From Asterias rubens (lineage: Eukaryota): a DNA stretch of 64,000 nucleotides. A model generated the notes under the pieces. It had not been told where the DNA came from. It saw nothing but the letters and a program-made list of their open reading frames with translations, and did no database searches. The stretch is taken from the NCBI RefSeq assembly GCF_902459465.1, contig NC_047083.1, forward strand, positions 930,001 to 994,000. The letters are read 5' to 3'. Every line of letters starts with the position of its first letter. Positions within the stretch are counted from its first letter, which is position 1. Below, piece after piece: positions 23,595 through 36,390 of the stretch. The translations under genes were made by a program, and so were the position numbers.

Positions 23595-24255
23595 CATAAT
23601 ACCTTTAAACTCAAGGCTACCATTCATTGTCTCACTCAGGTCGGAACTCCAGAAAGGTCAATGAGTTATTAAATGTTCCTGCTCTGAGGGGGCACATTTT
23701 AATGGAGTATTTCCCTCAGATACAGGAGTCGCAATTTAACCTTCATGGCAGATTGGGAGCAACCCCTTCCACTGTTTTGATTTAAGAGACTTGGTGTGCA
23801 TGTCTAGACTTTGGACTTCTTTTCTTTTAAGTATAATAACTAAGAATTTGTTAGGTATTTAAACTTAATTTAAAAGCAGAAAATATCACTAGGTATTGTT
23901 TTCTACCCAGAAAGTTTATAGGGAGGTAATAATTCTGCTAAGCAATTATATATAATAAAGTATTTTCAGAGTATTTAAAATTAGTTAAGCAGAAAATACT
24001 GCTATGTATATTGTTTGCTACCAAGAAAACTAACAGAGCACAGGTGGCAATAATTCTGCTAAGCAATTATTTCCCTGTGCTGACTGACCAGCAAAACTAA
24101 TTTGTGCCACGGAGGCCATGGCTTCCGATGCCCCTGGAGTTGGTCTTGGTGCCCCTTCAAAAGTTTCCCATTGACTTTAAGATTTTCCAATAGAAGTGCC
24201 CTTTGCAAAATGAAAATGGCCTAGTCCATTCAACATATTCAAAGATGAAATACCA

Positions 24256-24392
24256 GGGGTGGATTTCACAAAGAGTTAGGACTAGTCTTATCTCGAGTTA
24301 GGACCAGTTACTCGTCCTAACTTAGGACTATCCATGCAATTTGTATATCTCCTAGGACTAGTCCTAACCTAACTCTTTGTGAAATCGACCCC
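24256..24392. mobile_element. Harbinger-like MITE (GGGT..ACCC termini, CAG TSD) nested in the end of a CAGG-family MITE
   Basis: TIR GATTTCACAAAGAGTTAGG. Removal restores GATGAAATACCAGGCCTG. End coordinates are +/-2. Confidence 0.65.
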
Positions 24393-25341
24393 AGGCCTGT
24401 TATTGTCATTAATTTTAAGAGTGATTCCCAAATGAATAGGCCTCTACCTTCCTTTGAATGTGTGAGAAAAACAACAATTTTACACTCAAATTTACCCAAT
24501 GTTAATCAATTACTTAGAGATGAGTTTTTGCATGGTTTATGGTTTATTGAACACTGTTTCATACTATACTTGGCCATGGCTTCTCAGTGACTCAATATGA
24601 TTTGAGTCATTGCTCTGTGAACTTGAATCAGGGACTGACGCAAGTTCTTCACGTGATTTTTCATAAGAGGGGAAAATCTTGAACCAAATTTTACAAGATT
24701 ATCAACTTGAAACAAGGTCCTGGTTTTTTTAAGATGGTGTTCATGTTTGGTTTTAAAATCTTTTTTTTTTTTTTGCAGTCTCACAAAACTATTATTTCTC
24801 AGCCCAAAAGGACGGAACTTCTTCACTGTATTTGTAGACCAAGGGTTAATAGCGTCAGACACAGGAAATAGTTGAGTGACTAATAGGTTATTATGACTTT
24901 TGACCTCAACTACTGAAGGTCAACTACTTGTGTGTCAATAGTTTAAAACTCCAGACTTCCCCCAAACTCCCACAAATGAATGCATTGAATTGCTTTAAGG
25001 CACAGGACACCTTTGGTAAGTTGTTGCCACGGTGGGCGTCACCGGGCAGGCCTGCCCAGAACTCTGAGCGAAATACACTGTTCTGTCCACCACAGATTTC
25101 CCTCAGATTGCACTGCAATGATGGCCCCCATATCTAAACATGAATAAACTCGGGGCTAGTCGAGTATCCAATTTAGTACTAACAGAGCCCTTCCTTCAAC
25201 GGTTATTGAGAAAGTTCTTAACTTTTCATTACATAATTTGTCTTCCCTCAGCATGAGCTGCAGACTCGAAAGAAACGGATCCTGTAAAAACTAAAGACAA
25301 CTTTGAAAAGTTTGATTTGACTTGATTTGAAAGACAGCACC

Positions 25342-28300
25342 ATGGTGAGCTTTGAAGCCCCCGTGTCCAGTTTGTCCTGCTTTGGAAAGTGCTGCAAGAT
25401 ATTGCTCTTGGTCTTCAATATATTATTTATGGTAAGTTGTAAGTCAACTATTTAACTTATTTTTATTTCCCCCACTACAGTTGTCGTTGAGGACACTAAA
25501 AAAAGAAGCGGTTTAAAGTGTCCCAAGAACTAGCCGTCTGAGCAGTGTAAAGGACTGTTCCCTCTGCAAAGATAACGCGAACGATAACGACGCAAGATAA
25601 CGCATTCTATTGGTTAAATGAGCATGTGCGTATTCTATGTGGAGCAATTCGCGTTCTCTCTGGTCGTGATCGTTGCCGTTCTCGTTATCGCTGCATTGGG
25701 ACCGGGCCTTAACTGTAATCAACAGTATTTACACACGAACACAAAACAGTAGATTTTTCTTTGTATTATTGTAGATAAGTGGAGTAGGTGCCGCTACCGT
25801 AGGGATTTGGGCCATAGCGGATCCAACGAGTGTTCGTATCGTTGTTCTTCTCAACTCTAAACTGTACGTCTTCTCCGCTTTGATACTGATTGGAGCAGGT
25901 ATTGCCGCATCCTTTGTCGGTGTTATTGGATGCTGTGGGGTGCGATACGAGAGCAAGTGTCTCATTGCTTTGGTAAGTACAGGACCAAATTTCACAAAAC
26001 CTGTAAGCATAAAAAACTTACTAAGCACAGAAAAATGCTAAAAATCCATTAAGGTTTACATTGTTGAAACAGGTGCCCCACTCAGTTTACATGTATTTGC
26101 TAAGCAGTGTTGACTGCTACTTAGCTTTATAGAGGAGTGTGAAAAGGGATTTTGAAGTGCTTTGTTTTATTTTACCTATTTGTGATATTTTAAAATGTTA
26201 AAGGCAGTGGACACTTTTGGTAATTCCAAAGACTAGCCTTCGCAGTTGGTGTATCTCAACAGTATGCATAAAATAACTAACCTGTGAAAATTTGAGCTCA
26301 ATCGATCATCAAAGTTGCAAGATAATAATGAAAGAAAAAAACACCCTTGTCACAAAGAAGTTGTGTGCGTTTAGATAGTCGATTTCGAGACCTCAAGTTC
26401 TAAATCTGAGGTCTCTATATCAAATTCGTGAAAAAAAAATTTTTTTCCCGAAAACTATGGCACTTCAGAGGGAGCCATTTCTCACAATGTTTTATACCAT
26501 CAACCTCTCCGTATTACTCGTCACCAAGAAAGGTTTTATGCTAATAATTATTGTGAGTAATTACCAATAGTGTCCACTGCCTTTAACCCATTTTTCTTGT
26601 GATATTTGTTATCCACAGTATACAGTGAGCCTTCTTGTGGTGTTCATTGCTGAGTTTGCGGCTGGTGTTATTTCAGTGGCGCTCTACACTCAAGTAAGTA
26701 TCAACCGAAATCATGTAAAATTAAGCAGAAATTTCTCTTTTTAGTCCAATTTATCTGAGCCCAATTTCAAATTTTTTGTACTAACTCGTAGAAAAATGTT
26801 GGTACTTCTATCTTTTGTATTTTTACGTCACTCATTTTCATACTGTAACCTTTTTAGAGTTTTGATACCCTTTCCAGGGCCCAATTTCATAGAGCTGCTT
26901 AGCACAAAAATTTTCTAAGCATGAAACTTCTTCCTTGATAAAAACAGGATTACCAACCAAGTTTCCATTTGTTGCATATATTGCTTGTTACTGGTACTCA
27001 GCTGTTGTTTGCTTATCCTGAAAATCACGTGGAAATTTGATTGGTAATCCTGTTTTTATCAAGGAAGAAATTTCGTGCTAAGCAAGTTTTTATGCTAAGC
27101 AGCTCTATGAAATTGGGCTCTGATCAAATTTCCAGCCATTACATTGTTCCCTACTCACTGTGAATGAAAACGTACAGTACATGTATATAGTTTACCTGTA
27201 GAAGTTTCAGCTTCATGAGTTGTCAAGTTTTTGATTACAAAAAAAAATCACAGATCAATGGTTTTGATCTTACTTTGAGAATTTTCATGAAACCATTTTA
27301 CTCATTTTAAAAAACAACAACAGCACATCAGAAAGTAATTTTTTGGAGAAACTTTCTACCATTGTTTTAACTGTACGGTGAGTTTAATATAAATCTGTGG
27401 ACATTGTGTTTTGTACATACAAAAAATACCAAGACACTTTAAGGTCGTAACCTTTGAACCTTCTTTTCACTTTTTTTTCAGGCCTCAACCCTTGCCAATA
27501 GAGAAATGAGAGATTCCCTGATTTATAAGTACGGACAGGGAAATGAAGTAGAAGCAACAGATGCCTGGAACTATATTCAACGAAATGTAAGACACTCCAC
27601 AATATTCTTTTTCCTTCTGAAGAGATTTTTACACACGGTTGCACCCATGTTTACTAATAATAGTTAGTTCCTATCTCACACCCTTAGGCCAAATAAAACT
27701 GCCCGCTGCCTTTTTAGAGGCTGACACCTTTATTTTATCTTTCCCCCCCCCCCATTTTTACATTTTTTAACAATCTCAGATGAAAAAAATTAAGGGAATC
27801 AATGTGTGGTGAAGAGGTCTTCAAGGAGTGGTTTAAACCCTTGCCGAGGCCTGGACTTGATAATTTTACCGAGACGTAGATCGAGGTAAAATAAATACCT
27901 TTTCATAAATAAATACCTTTTAGGTCAAAAAAACATCAACACTTTTTGGTCAAAAGGTAAAATAAATGCAAAAACTTTAGTTATTCAAGGATTTCTTTCA
28001 ATACAACACCCCTCCAGCTATGAAATGGTAAGGCCCTTGGGTAAACAACTCCTTATAACTGAGATCCTGTGTAGTCGCATGATGTGGCACAACTGTTTCA
28101 GCCGTGTTTTTTTTCCCGACCAATAGGAATGAAGAAACTGCCTTAAAAGCACAGGTGCAAGCTTGTGTATTTTTTATTGGTGTGGTTCTTATGTGAGCAA
28201 AAAAGGCCCCAAAAAATGTTTTACCATGCAGGGACATAAAACTTAAAACTTTTATTGTATTGTATTGTCTTGTCATTGACAGTTTGAGTGTTGTGGTTGG

Positions 28301-30620
28301 ACTGGTGAAACCCACGACGCAGCAATGCTGTTTCAAGCCACTGTTTGGTTTAAAAATACTTATCTTAAAGTTCCTCCTTCTTGCTGTAAACGTGATGCAG
28401 AAGGTGACCCCATTAATCTGAAGAGTTGTCAGAACGAGTTTAATAATGACATGACTTGGGTCAACAACGTGGTAAGTGTCTGCTCTCCTTTGTTTTGTTT
28501 TTTTGGGGGGCGGGGGGCGGATGGGGGGAGAGTATCGGGATAAAGACAATTATATTTTTGTTTAACCCTAATACCGATGTGTGTAAAACATCCTACTGTA
28601 ATGGAGCTGGAAACCGCCTGACTCAGCAGAACATGCACTCAGATATCAAGTTACTCGTCCAAAATAGTTTTTAGGGTGCGCAAACAATGCAAGGAGCTAG
28701 CGTCTCACAACAAAATGCCTCTTGCACTACTCTGATTGGTCATTAAACACGAGCATAAGGATTATGTAAGTCATAATTATCCTTGGCTAAATACGGCACA
28801 AGTTAATTTGACTTGTAAAGGCCATCAAACTTTTGGTTAACAAGTATAAAGTAATTCTTTAGATTGAAATATAACATTGAAGTTGTACTTTAATCTTTCC
28901 TAAAATCTTGTAAATAAAGTGTTTGTTACAAAAAAGGGTTTGTAATTGGGTGGGATGAGTAACCCATTTACCATTCTCAGGGAAAAGATTATATTATTGC
29001 CTTTGGGTGTAATTCTGACTTTCTTGACTTTGAGAAATTGTTCAGCTCTGTCTTTTTAAGATCTGGGACTCTGTGAAATTGACCTTTGAATCGGCGAGTG
29101 AGTCATACCCTTTCTTTACTAGTCTGCCAGGCGAGTCAAATAAGTTTTCATTGGCACGATAAATGAAGGGTATGGTGGTAAATTCTTAAGGAGAGATTGC
29201 TTTGTAGTTTGCAAAATGATTTGACAAGTCTTGATTTGCGCTAGATTTAATGTGGCCGATTGTTTATTTCATTATGGGGGTGTTCAAACTTCCACATGTC
29301 TGGCATGCAGTTAGGTGGATGAGGTAGCGTACTGAGCATTAACCCAATTCACTGACGTCATCATCAGAATAATCTTTGATGCGCCATTTTGGTGGGCAAT
29401 GTCACTGTTGAAATGAAGTGTGCATTTTAGGCATTTACACATTTTGGCCACCAAAATGGTGAGCGTAACACAGTCGTCGCGTGTGCCGTGCGTGCAAGGG
29501 GTCGATACAGTGCTTTAGAGACATTGGTGTATGGGTGTGTTTTAAAGGCAGTGGACACTATTGGTAATTACTCAAAATAACTGTTAGCATAAAACCTTAC
29601 TTGGTAACGAGTAATGGGGAGAGGTTGGTAGTATAAAACATCCTGAGAAATGGCTCCCTCTGAAGTGGAGTCGTTTTCGAGAAAGAAGTAATTTTCCACG
29701 AATTTGATTTTGAGACTTTAGATTTAGAATTTGAGGTCTTGAAATCAAGCATCTGAAAGCACACAACTTCAGTAGGCAGTGGTGTTTTTTCTTTTATTAT
29801 TATGTCGCAACTTCGACGACCGATTGAGCTCAAATTTTCACAGGTTTGTTATTTTATACATACAGGTATGTTGAGATACAGCAAGTGAAAAGAGTAGTCT
29901 TTGACAAATACCAATAGTGACTGTCCAGTGTCTTTCATAAGCGGTGTCTCTGATATTCTCTGTCTCCTTGTTTTATTTCTGCAGGGCTGTCACCCTATGG
30001 TTGTTCAGCAGGCCTACAAATTCGCAACGATTTTAGCTGGTGTTGGTATAGGCATCTCTCTGTTTCAGGTTGGTCAATTGAGACTTTTGAGCCTTTAATT
30101 TTGGTTGTCTCTTTTTCTAGTTTTCATGGTTATCTGCATTTTAAACACTGTGTATTTTTATATTTTATTGTTTACTTCCTAGATCGTTTAATGGTTTAAT
30201 ATTTTTATTGTTCATTGTCATGCGCCTTTGAACAGCTTTAGCCTCGAATTGGCGCAGTATAAATACATTTGTATTATGTTAGCAGAAGGGGCACAATTTC
30301 ATAGAGCTGCTTAAGCACACAAAAAAGCTAAGCACAACAAAATTCTGCTTAGAACAAGGTTACCAAACTACTATGTCTTGTGTAGAATTTATGACTGGTA
30401 TCCTGCTCATTTCTGCTTAGCAGATTTATGTTATTAAGCAACTTTTTCTGATTAAGCAGCTACATGAAATTGGGCCCGGATTGTGACTATAATTTTTATA
30501 ACAACGTTCAAACAATGTTGTTTTGTTAAATTTATTTTTAATATTCTTGTATTTTTTTTATTTTTTTATTCACAGCTGTTTGGAATGATCCTGGCTTTCT
30601 GCTTGTATCGACAGATCTGA
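25342..30620 (+). CDS. Tetraspanin gene 2 (261 aa, 6-Cys EC2); join(25342..25431,25775..25972,26619..26693,27482..27586,28283..28471,29985..30068,30576..30620)
   Basis: Spliced translation: MVSFEAPVSSLSCFGKCCKILLLVFNILFM/ISGVGAATVGIW...GCCGVRYESKCLIAL/YTVSLLVVFIAEFAAGVISVALYTQ/ASTL...AWNYIQRN/FECCGW...PPSCC...C/GCH...GIGISLFQ/LFGMILAFCLYRQI*. Strong Kozak context (caccATGg). All introns are GT-AG and phase 0. Confidence 0.95.
26198..26586 (+). mobile_element. K1 Kolobok-like MITE (tetraspanin-2 intron 2)
   Basis: TTAA-flanked, with both TIRs present. Confidence 0.85.
26875..27122. mobile_element. MITE with TIR GGCCCAATTTCATAGAGCTGCT (Harbinger-like)
   Basis: About 30-bp TIRs. Related copies at about 30288-30478, 34965-35170, 40053-40262, 12130-12295 and 39520-39665. 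Confidence 0.7.
29542..29935 (-). mobile_element. K1 Kolobok-like MITE (tetraspanin-2 intron 5), opposite orientation
   Basis: Left TIR intact with TTAA. Right TIR degenerate. Confidence 0.8.
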
Positions 30621-32275
30621 CCAAAACCAAATTTGAATTAAAAATATATTTAAAAAAATTCATCAGCATGAAATGTTCAACTATGTCCCTAATAATAATA
30701 ATAATAGTAATAATGACATCTTCTATAGCACCGGTATCCACAACAAAGTGCTCATGGCACTTGCTCGAATAAAAACGTTCCCCCTTGGTTGTTTTCCAGC
30801 AGTGCAAAGATCAAGAAAAATTCCAATGTCTAGTGAATGTTACTGAAATGTTTTTGGAAAAAAATGGGTCTTCAGGGTTGATTTGAAAGTGTTTATTATC
30901 TGGATGGCTCTGATGGAATGTGGTAGACCATTCCTCACCTTCCCTGCAGCTACCTGGAAAGAATGGGATCCACATGAATTACTTCCAGCACAATCCACAA
31001 AACGAAACTTGTCAGCAGCTGAACGTAGGTGATCACGTGCTGGTACATATGGCTGGATGAGATCACAGAGGTTCTATATATGCACCATGTTTCAAGAATA
31101 CCCCAGGGTTTTATCGCTTACACCCCTACTCAAGTGTTTGGCTACGATCGATTGGTATTAATCCTAACTTGCTTTTGATGACACAGAGATAAGATTGGTT
31201 GACAAATTGCGGAGTTTAAGGGTGCGGTGCGTTCAATAAGCTTCCCTGTGTCCCCTGCTCACTCGGATGAGCCCCTGACAAGAGCTTATAGAATGATCAC
31301 TCACCCTCTCGTGGTGACGTTGTGCACCTCGGGCCATCCCCAAGTGACCCGTCCCAAAAGCAGGGCTCTTGGCTGACCTAGGTGAGCCCCTGGAATGAGG
31401 TCAAAGCTGTTCGAAGGTACCGCTGGCAGACCAAACCCAAAGATTGATTGATCAATGATAAGATTGATTACTGGAGATAAGATTAATTATAAAGCTTTAT
31501 GACCCCCCCCCCCCCCCCCCCCCCCCGGGGTGCCTATTCCCAGGGAAAGGAGTAGTGTGAAAAGGGATTTAAATGTTTGCACCTAATTATTACAACCCAG
31601 TTTTGTCTCATATGACTTGTGTTATTTTCAATGTTTATTTGTTATATTACTGTCTTTCAACTTGCAGTGCAATTGTTCGTTATCCTTGGTTTATATTTTA
31701 TTACTAACACTAAGCTGGTTTCATATTGCCTTTTTTTACTGTGTGGTGCAATGTATTTATTATAAGGCTAAATAAAATAAAAATATGTTTAACATCCTGC
31801 CTTTTGGAAAAAGAAAAAAACGAGGAGGTTTTTTTTCCTCTTCTTTTTATAAGACAACTGACTCGGTTTTTTTTTTTTTTTTTTTTCAAACTTTTTTATT
31901 CTTTTTTCTGAGTTTGTATAAACTTATCCCTTTTTAAAAAGGGAGGCGGCCTCTGAATAGGATGTTGGCGATGACGCTAAACATGTTTTAGTTTTTGGGG
32001 GGCCTAAGGCCTTGTTTTTCTAAAATTTTGTTTTTGTTCTCACCTGTTAACAAATAAATTTTGAAGCAAGAATCAATTTCAAACTGATGTTGATTTTTAA
32101 AACAGATGTTCCTGATACATTTATTGATGATTTGATTTTAAAGGGTTATCTCCTTTGAAATATCAATAATGTTAATTTATTGGCAAGTTACTTAACAAAA
32201 AAATACACACTTAATCTTGTAGGGTTTGAAATAATGTCATGTTCATACACATGTCTTTCTGGGAGTTGTGTTTTG

Positions 32276-32418
32276 CTCTGAAAAGAACCTGGGGTTCTGA
32301 AAAGAACTTGGGGTTCTGAAAAGAACCTGGGGTTCTGAAAAGAACTTGGGGTTTTGAAAAGAACCTGGGGTTCTGATAAGAACATTGGGTTCTGAAAAGA
32401 ACCTGAGGTTCTGAAAAA
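32276..32418. repeat. 19-bp minisatellite (AAAAGAACCTGGGGTTCTG)x7
   Basis: Direct reading of the tandem units. Confidence 0.95.
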
Positions 32419-32562
32419 CGGTGAGTTTAGAATTGTTTTGGGGTGGGGGATGAAATATTAAATAGGCTGAGATTTTTAAATGTAAATAATGTAAAATTTG
32501 AAATTATTTAGCAGTGCCTTACTAAGTCTGTATGAAATTTATAATAAACAGGAATTCCTCTT

Positions 32563-32931
32563 TTAAAGGCAGTGGACACTATTGGTAATTACTCATAATA
32601 ATTATAAGCATAAAACCTTACTTGGTAACGAGTTATCGGGAGAGGTTGATAGAATAAAACATTGTGAGAAATGGCTCCCTCTGAAGTAACATTGTTTTTG
32701 AGAAAAAAGTAATTTTCCACGAATTTGATTTCGAGACCTCAGATTTTGAATTTGAGGTCTCGAAATCAAGCATCTGAAAGCACACAGCTTCGTGTGACAA
32801 GGGTGTTTTTTCTCTCATAGTTATCTCGCAACTTCGATGACCAATTGAGCTCACATTTTCACAGGCTTGTTATTTAATGCATATGAGAAGACTGGTCTTT
32901 GACAATTACCAATAGTGTCCACTGTCTTTAA
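32563..32931 (-). mobile_element. K1 Kolobok-like MITE
   Basis: TTAA at both ends. Followed directly by a related element starting AGGGAAGGTAAAC. Confidence 0.85.
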
Positions 32932-33124
32932 AGGGAAGGTAAACATTTGGTAATCACTCTAGAAATTATTGGCAATAAAAGTTTGTACTACAAGCCTACA
33001 TAAGCTTGTGATAGTATGAAGTATCATGGGAAACCTTTCAAAAAGTAATGTGGTTTGTAAAAAGATATCAGTTTTAATTCCTGAACACTTGAATCTGGAA
33101 GCGTTACTGCGGTAATTCTTATCA

Positions 33125-33282
33125 GATTATGTATTCCTATTTGGGATTATGTATTCCTATCCTATTTGGGATTATGTATTCCTATTTGGGATTATGTTTT
33201 CCTATTTGGGATTTTGTATTCCTATTCGGGATTATGTATTCCTATTTGGGATTATGTATTCCTATTTGGGATTATGTTTCCT
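33125..33282. repeat. 20-bp minisatellite (GATTATGTATTCCTATTTGG)x~8
   Basis: Direct reading. It explains the three low-complexity ORFs at 33129-33369. Confidence 0.95.
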
Positions 33283-33361
33283 GTGTGGACACAACCGCAT
33301 CGGATTTTTGCGATATCTGAAAAACGTGAACGAATTTTCACATGTAATGAGTCAGTAAGAT

Positions 33362-33401
33362 GGCCTTAGCTTTTGATCCAAACCGGACCTTCTTCAGAGG
33401 C
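33362..33401 (-). ncRNA. Degenerate hammerhead motif (G12A)
   Basis: Minus strand reads gcct CTGAAGA a ggtcc ggttt ggatc AAAA gcta aggc. Confidence 0.5.
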
Positions 33402-35212
33402 AATAAGTTGTATTGTATACATAATAATATTATATTTTAAATTTACATACATCGGATTAAACCAATTGAACTGTTCCAAAAAAAAATGTATACTTTACCT
33501 TAAAACCATGTGACATGTAACATCACAAGGTCAAAGGATCACAAGGCTAGTGTTCATACATAGCTAAATTAACAAAATCATGAAAGAAAAAACAAAATTA
33601 ATAAAAAATGCAAATAAGACTTCCACCATACTCTATAGGAGGGAAATGGTGCAGCCATCCTCCTTTTGTGCCTTAGAATAATTGTATAAAAACACGAAAT
33701 AATTTGCAGAATAAGTTTTGTTTTAATATTGTTGTAAATTGTGTGATCTTTATTTAACGCATGTATCAAGTTTTAAAAAGCATGTACTTATGCTGAATAA
33801 GTAAATTTAAGGCATTAACAACAATAGGCTATGCAGGATGTGATATTTTAAACAATATTATTTTTCAAAGTTGAATTTTTTTATTTTATATTCGCTTATA
33901 TTTGTGGTCAGGATTTATACCTTCTTTTGCTTTAAATATTCAAATAATAAAAGCGCTTTAAGCAGTTGTTTTCTTCCAAATTCTTCTACAATTTTAGGTT
34001 TGTAACCATTTTTTTGGGGGGGGGGGGTAGGGTGAGAAGTTTTGGGGTTTGGGATATTATAAGCTAAAAAACACAAATGCAGCCAAGAGAATTTTTTTGC
34101 AAAGCATACTAATGTTTAAAATCTGACACTTCATAAGAATCATAACTAAAAATTCCAAACTGCTTTTAAATGTCATCCGAAGTTTAAGAGAAGGAAGTAA
34201 TATTTGGTGCGAATTTAACTAGATTGCTACTTAGTTTAAAAAATAAATAAAAAACTATTTTAGTTATACAAATGGTTTTTATCACAGTTAAACTTGCTGA
34301 AAGTACATTCCAGAACGTGGAGAATTATTTCAAACTCTTCACAAATGTATTGTTGCCAGTAAACGTTTTTAAATTCTCATTCAAATTTATGTGTTTGTTA
34401 GTATGTTTTATTTCAGTTTTTTTTTTTAGGTTTTTTTTTTACAACTATTATAGTTTTTGTAATTTGGCATAACTCTGTATGATTATGTAAATGTCTTGCA
34501 TTAATACAAGGTATAGAATGTTTGCTGCTATTGTTTGAGAGATTAAAAAATCAATGTTTCAAAAATGTGTTAGTTTGTTCAAACCAATAAATTGTTTTGT
34601 GGATATTTTTGGCACTGGACACTATTGGAAATTACTCAAAATAATTGTTAGCATTAAAACATATTAAGTAGCATACAAGCAATGGAGAGCTGTTGTTAGT
34701 AAAAAATAACATTGTGAGAGACGGATCCCTCTAAAGTAAAATTTCCCAATTAAATATTTTAACCAGCTGAGGTCTCAAATTCAAAGCATCTGAAAGTTTT
34801 GTTTTCACCTATATCCATCCCCATGTCAAGAAACAGGTCCTGGGGGTTATACATAAATATACTAAACTCTGACAACAGGTAATTCAAAAAACTTTCATGA
34901 CTTTTTCATATAAGTTCTGTTTTCAAATTCCTATACCATCCCCTAGCACATCATCTGAGACCTGGATCCAGTTTCATAGAGCTGCTAAGCACAAACATTT
35001 GCTTAGCATGACATTTTTGCCTAGATAAAAAAAAGATTAGCAACCAAATTTTCATGTGATTTTCAGGGTAAGCAAACAACAGCTGAGTACCTTTAACAAG
35101 CAATATGCAACAATGCAAATTTGATTGGTAATCCTGTTTTTAATTAAGGAAGAATTTCATGCTAAGCAAAACAAAAACACTTTCATGGTCACCCCCACGG
35201 TATCAACAGCTA

Positions 35213-35361
35213 CCCCGCCCACCCACTTGTTAAACCTAAACTGTAGAGGGCGGGATTTGCTAAAATGGTCATTGTGTTATTCTCTGTGTGGCGGGTCAAT
35301 TCTCGAACGGCGTGACATAGACTAGTTTTTTGATTGAATTTACACATAAAAAAAGGTATGT
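35213..35361 (+). promoter_or_regulatory. Putative promoter/first exon of ZNF-A
   Basis: CCCCGCCC at 35213, TAGAGGGCG at 35244, donor GTATGT at 35356. The module is shared with three other sites in the cluster. Confidence 0.6.
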
Positions 35362-36001
35362 TTCTGCTTTTTGTTAATGAGTTATATGTGTATTTCTTAC
35401 AGGCTGTTAAGATTGTACATAATGTCGGGTACGCAAAACCATTTTTAGTAGAGGCAGTTTTTAATTTTAGTACAATGTAAATAAATTTTCCTTTTTCGTC
35501 ACTCACCACTTGCTTCCCGAGTCTACCCGCAACTCCGATGCGTTGCCGATGCGTTGCCGATGCGTTTTAATCAGCTTTTGCCCGCTTTTATCTGCAGGAG
35601 GGGTTGGTGTGTGTGGTTTTTCATGCGTGACCTCGGTATGGTTTGAGAAAGGGCTTCTGAAATTCAGGCTTTTTCGGCATTATCTGAAAAGTATTGACAG
35701 AAAGGAATAATGTAGCGGTGACACTGAAATAAACTTCCAAAAAGACCAAAGAGCATATCTAATCTGTCGTTTTGTATGACAAAAAACGGTGCAACTCAAA
35801 TTTTTAAAAGAGAAATTTGTACGTAAAAAATTGCTTCAAAAAGAAAGAAAACAAGTCACAAAAACACGACAGATTCAAGATTGTCCCGTTATGAATGTCA
35901 GCAACAGTCCAAAAATAGTATACATGGATAGATTATTTAATATTCTTCCTGGAAATGTTATCAAAAGCGAGACCAGATCGAACCCATTTACTTAAGGACA
36001 T

Positions 36002-36390
36002 TTAAATGAACATGTTGCCTTGGATCCGGCGAGTTGGTCTATAAAAAGGGTTTGTACACAAATTTTATCAAATGCATTGGTTAAAAAGATGTTTTAAAAG
36101 TAGAATACAATGATCCACACAAGTTTGCCTCGAAATTGCGAGGTTTGCCTTTTACTGTGCGAACCAACACGGTCGGCCATTTATGGAAGTCAAAATTTTG
36201 ACTCCCATAAATGGCCGACCGTGTTAGTCGACGAGGTAAAAGGAAAACCGTGCAATTTCGAGGCATGTTTGTGTGGATCATTGTATTCTACTTTTACAAT
36301 ATCTTTTTACCCATGTCGATTTCATAACAAATGGTTACACACGCTTTTCAAAGACCAACTCGACCGATCCAATCCAACGTGTTCCTTTAA
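36002..36390. mobile_element. Foldback Kolobok-like MITE family K2
   Basis: Near-palindromic over its whole length, with TIR AGGAACACGTTGCCTTGGATCGGTCGAGTTGGTC and TTAA ends. A second copy lies at 57894-58263. Confidence 0.8.

Noticed and set aside
27998-28549. 183-aa minus-strand ORF
   Set aside because: It is antisense to tetraspanin-2 exon 5 and flanking intron, with no recognisable domain.
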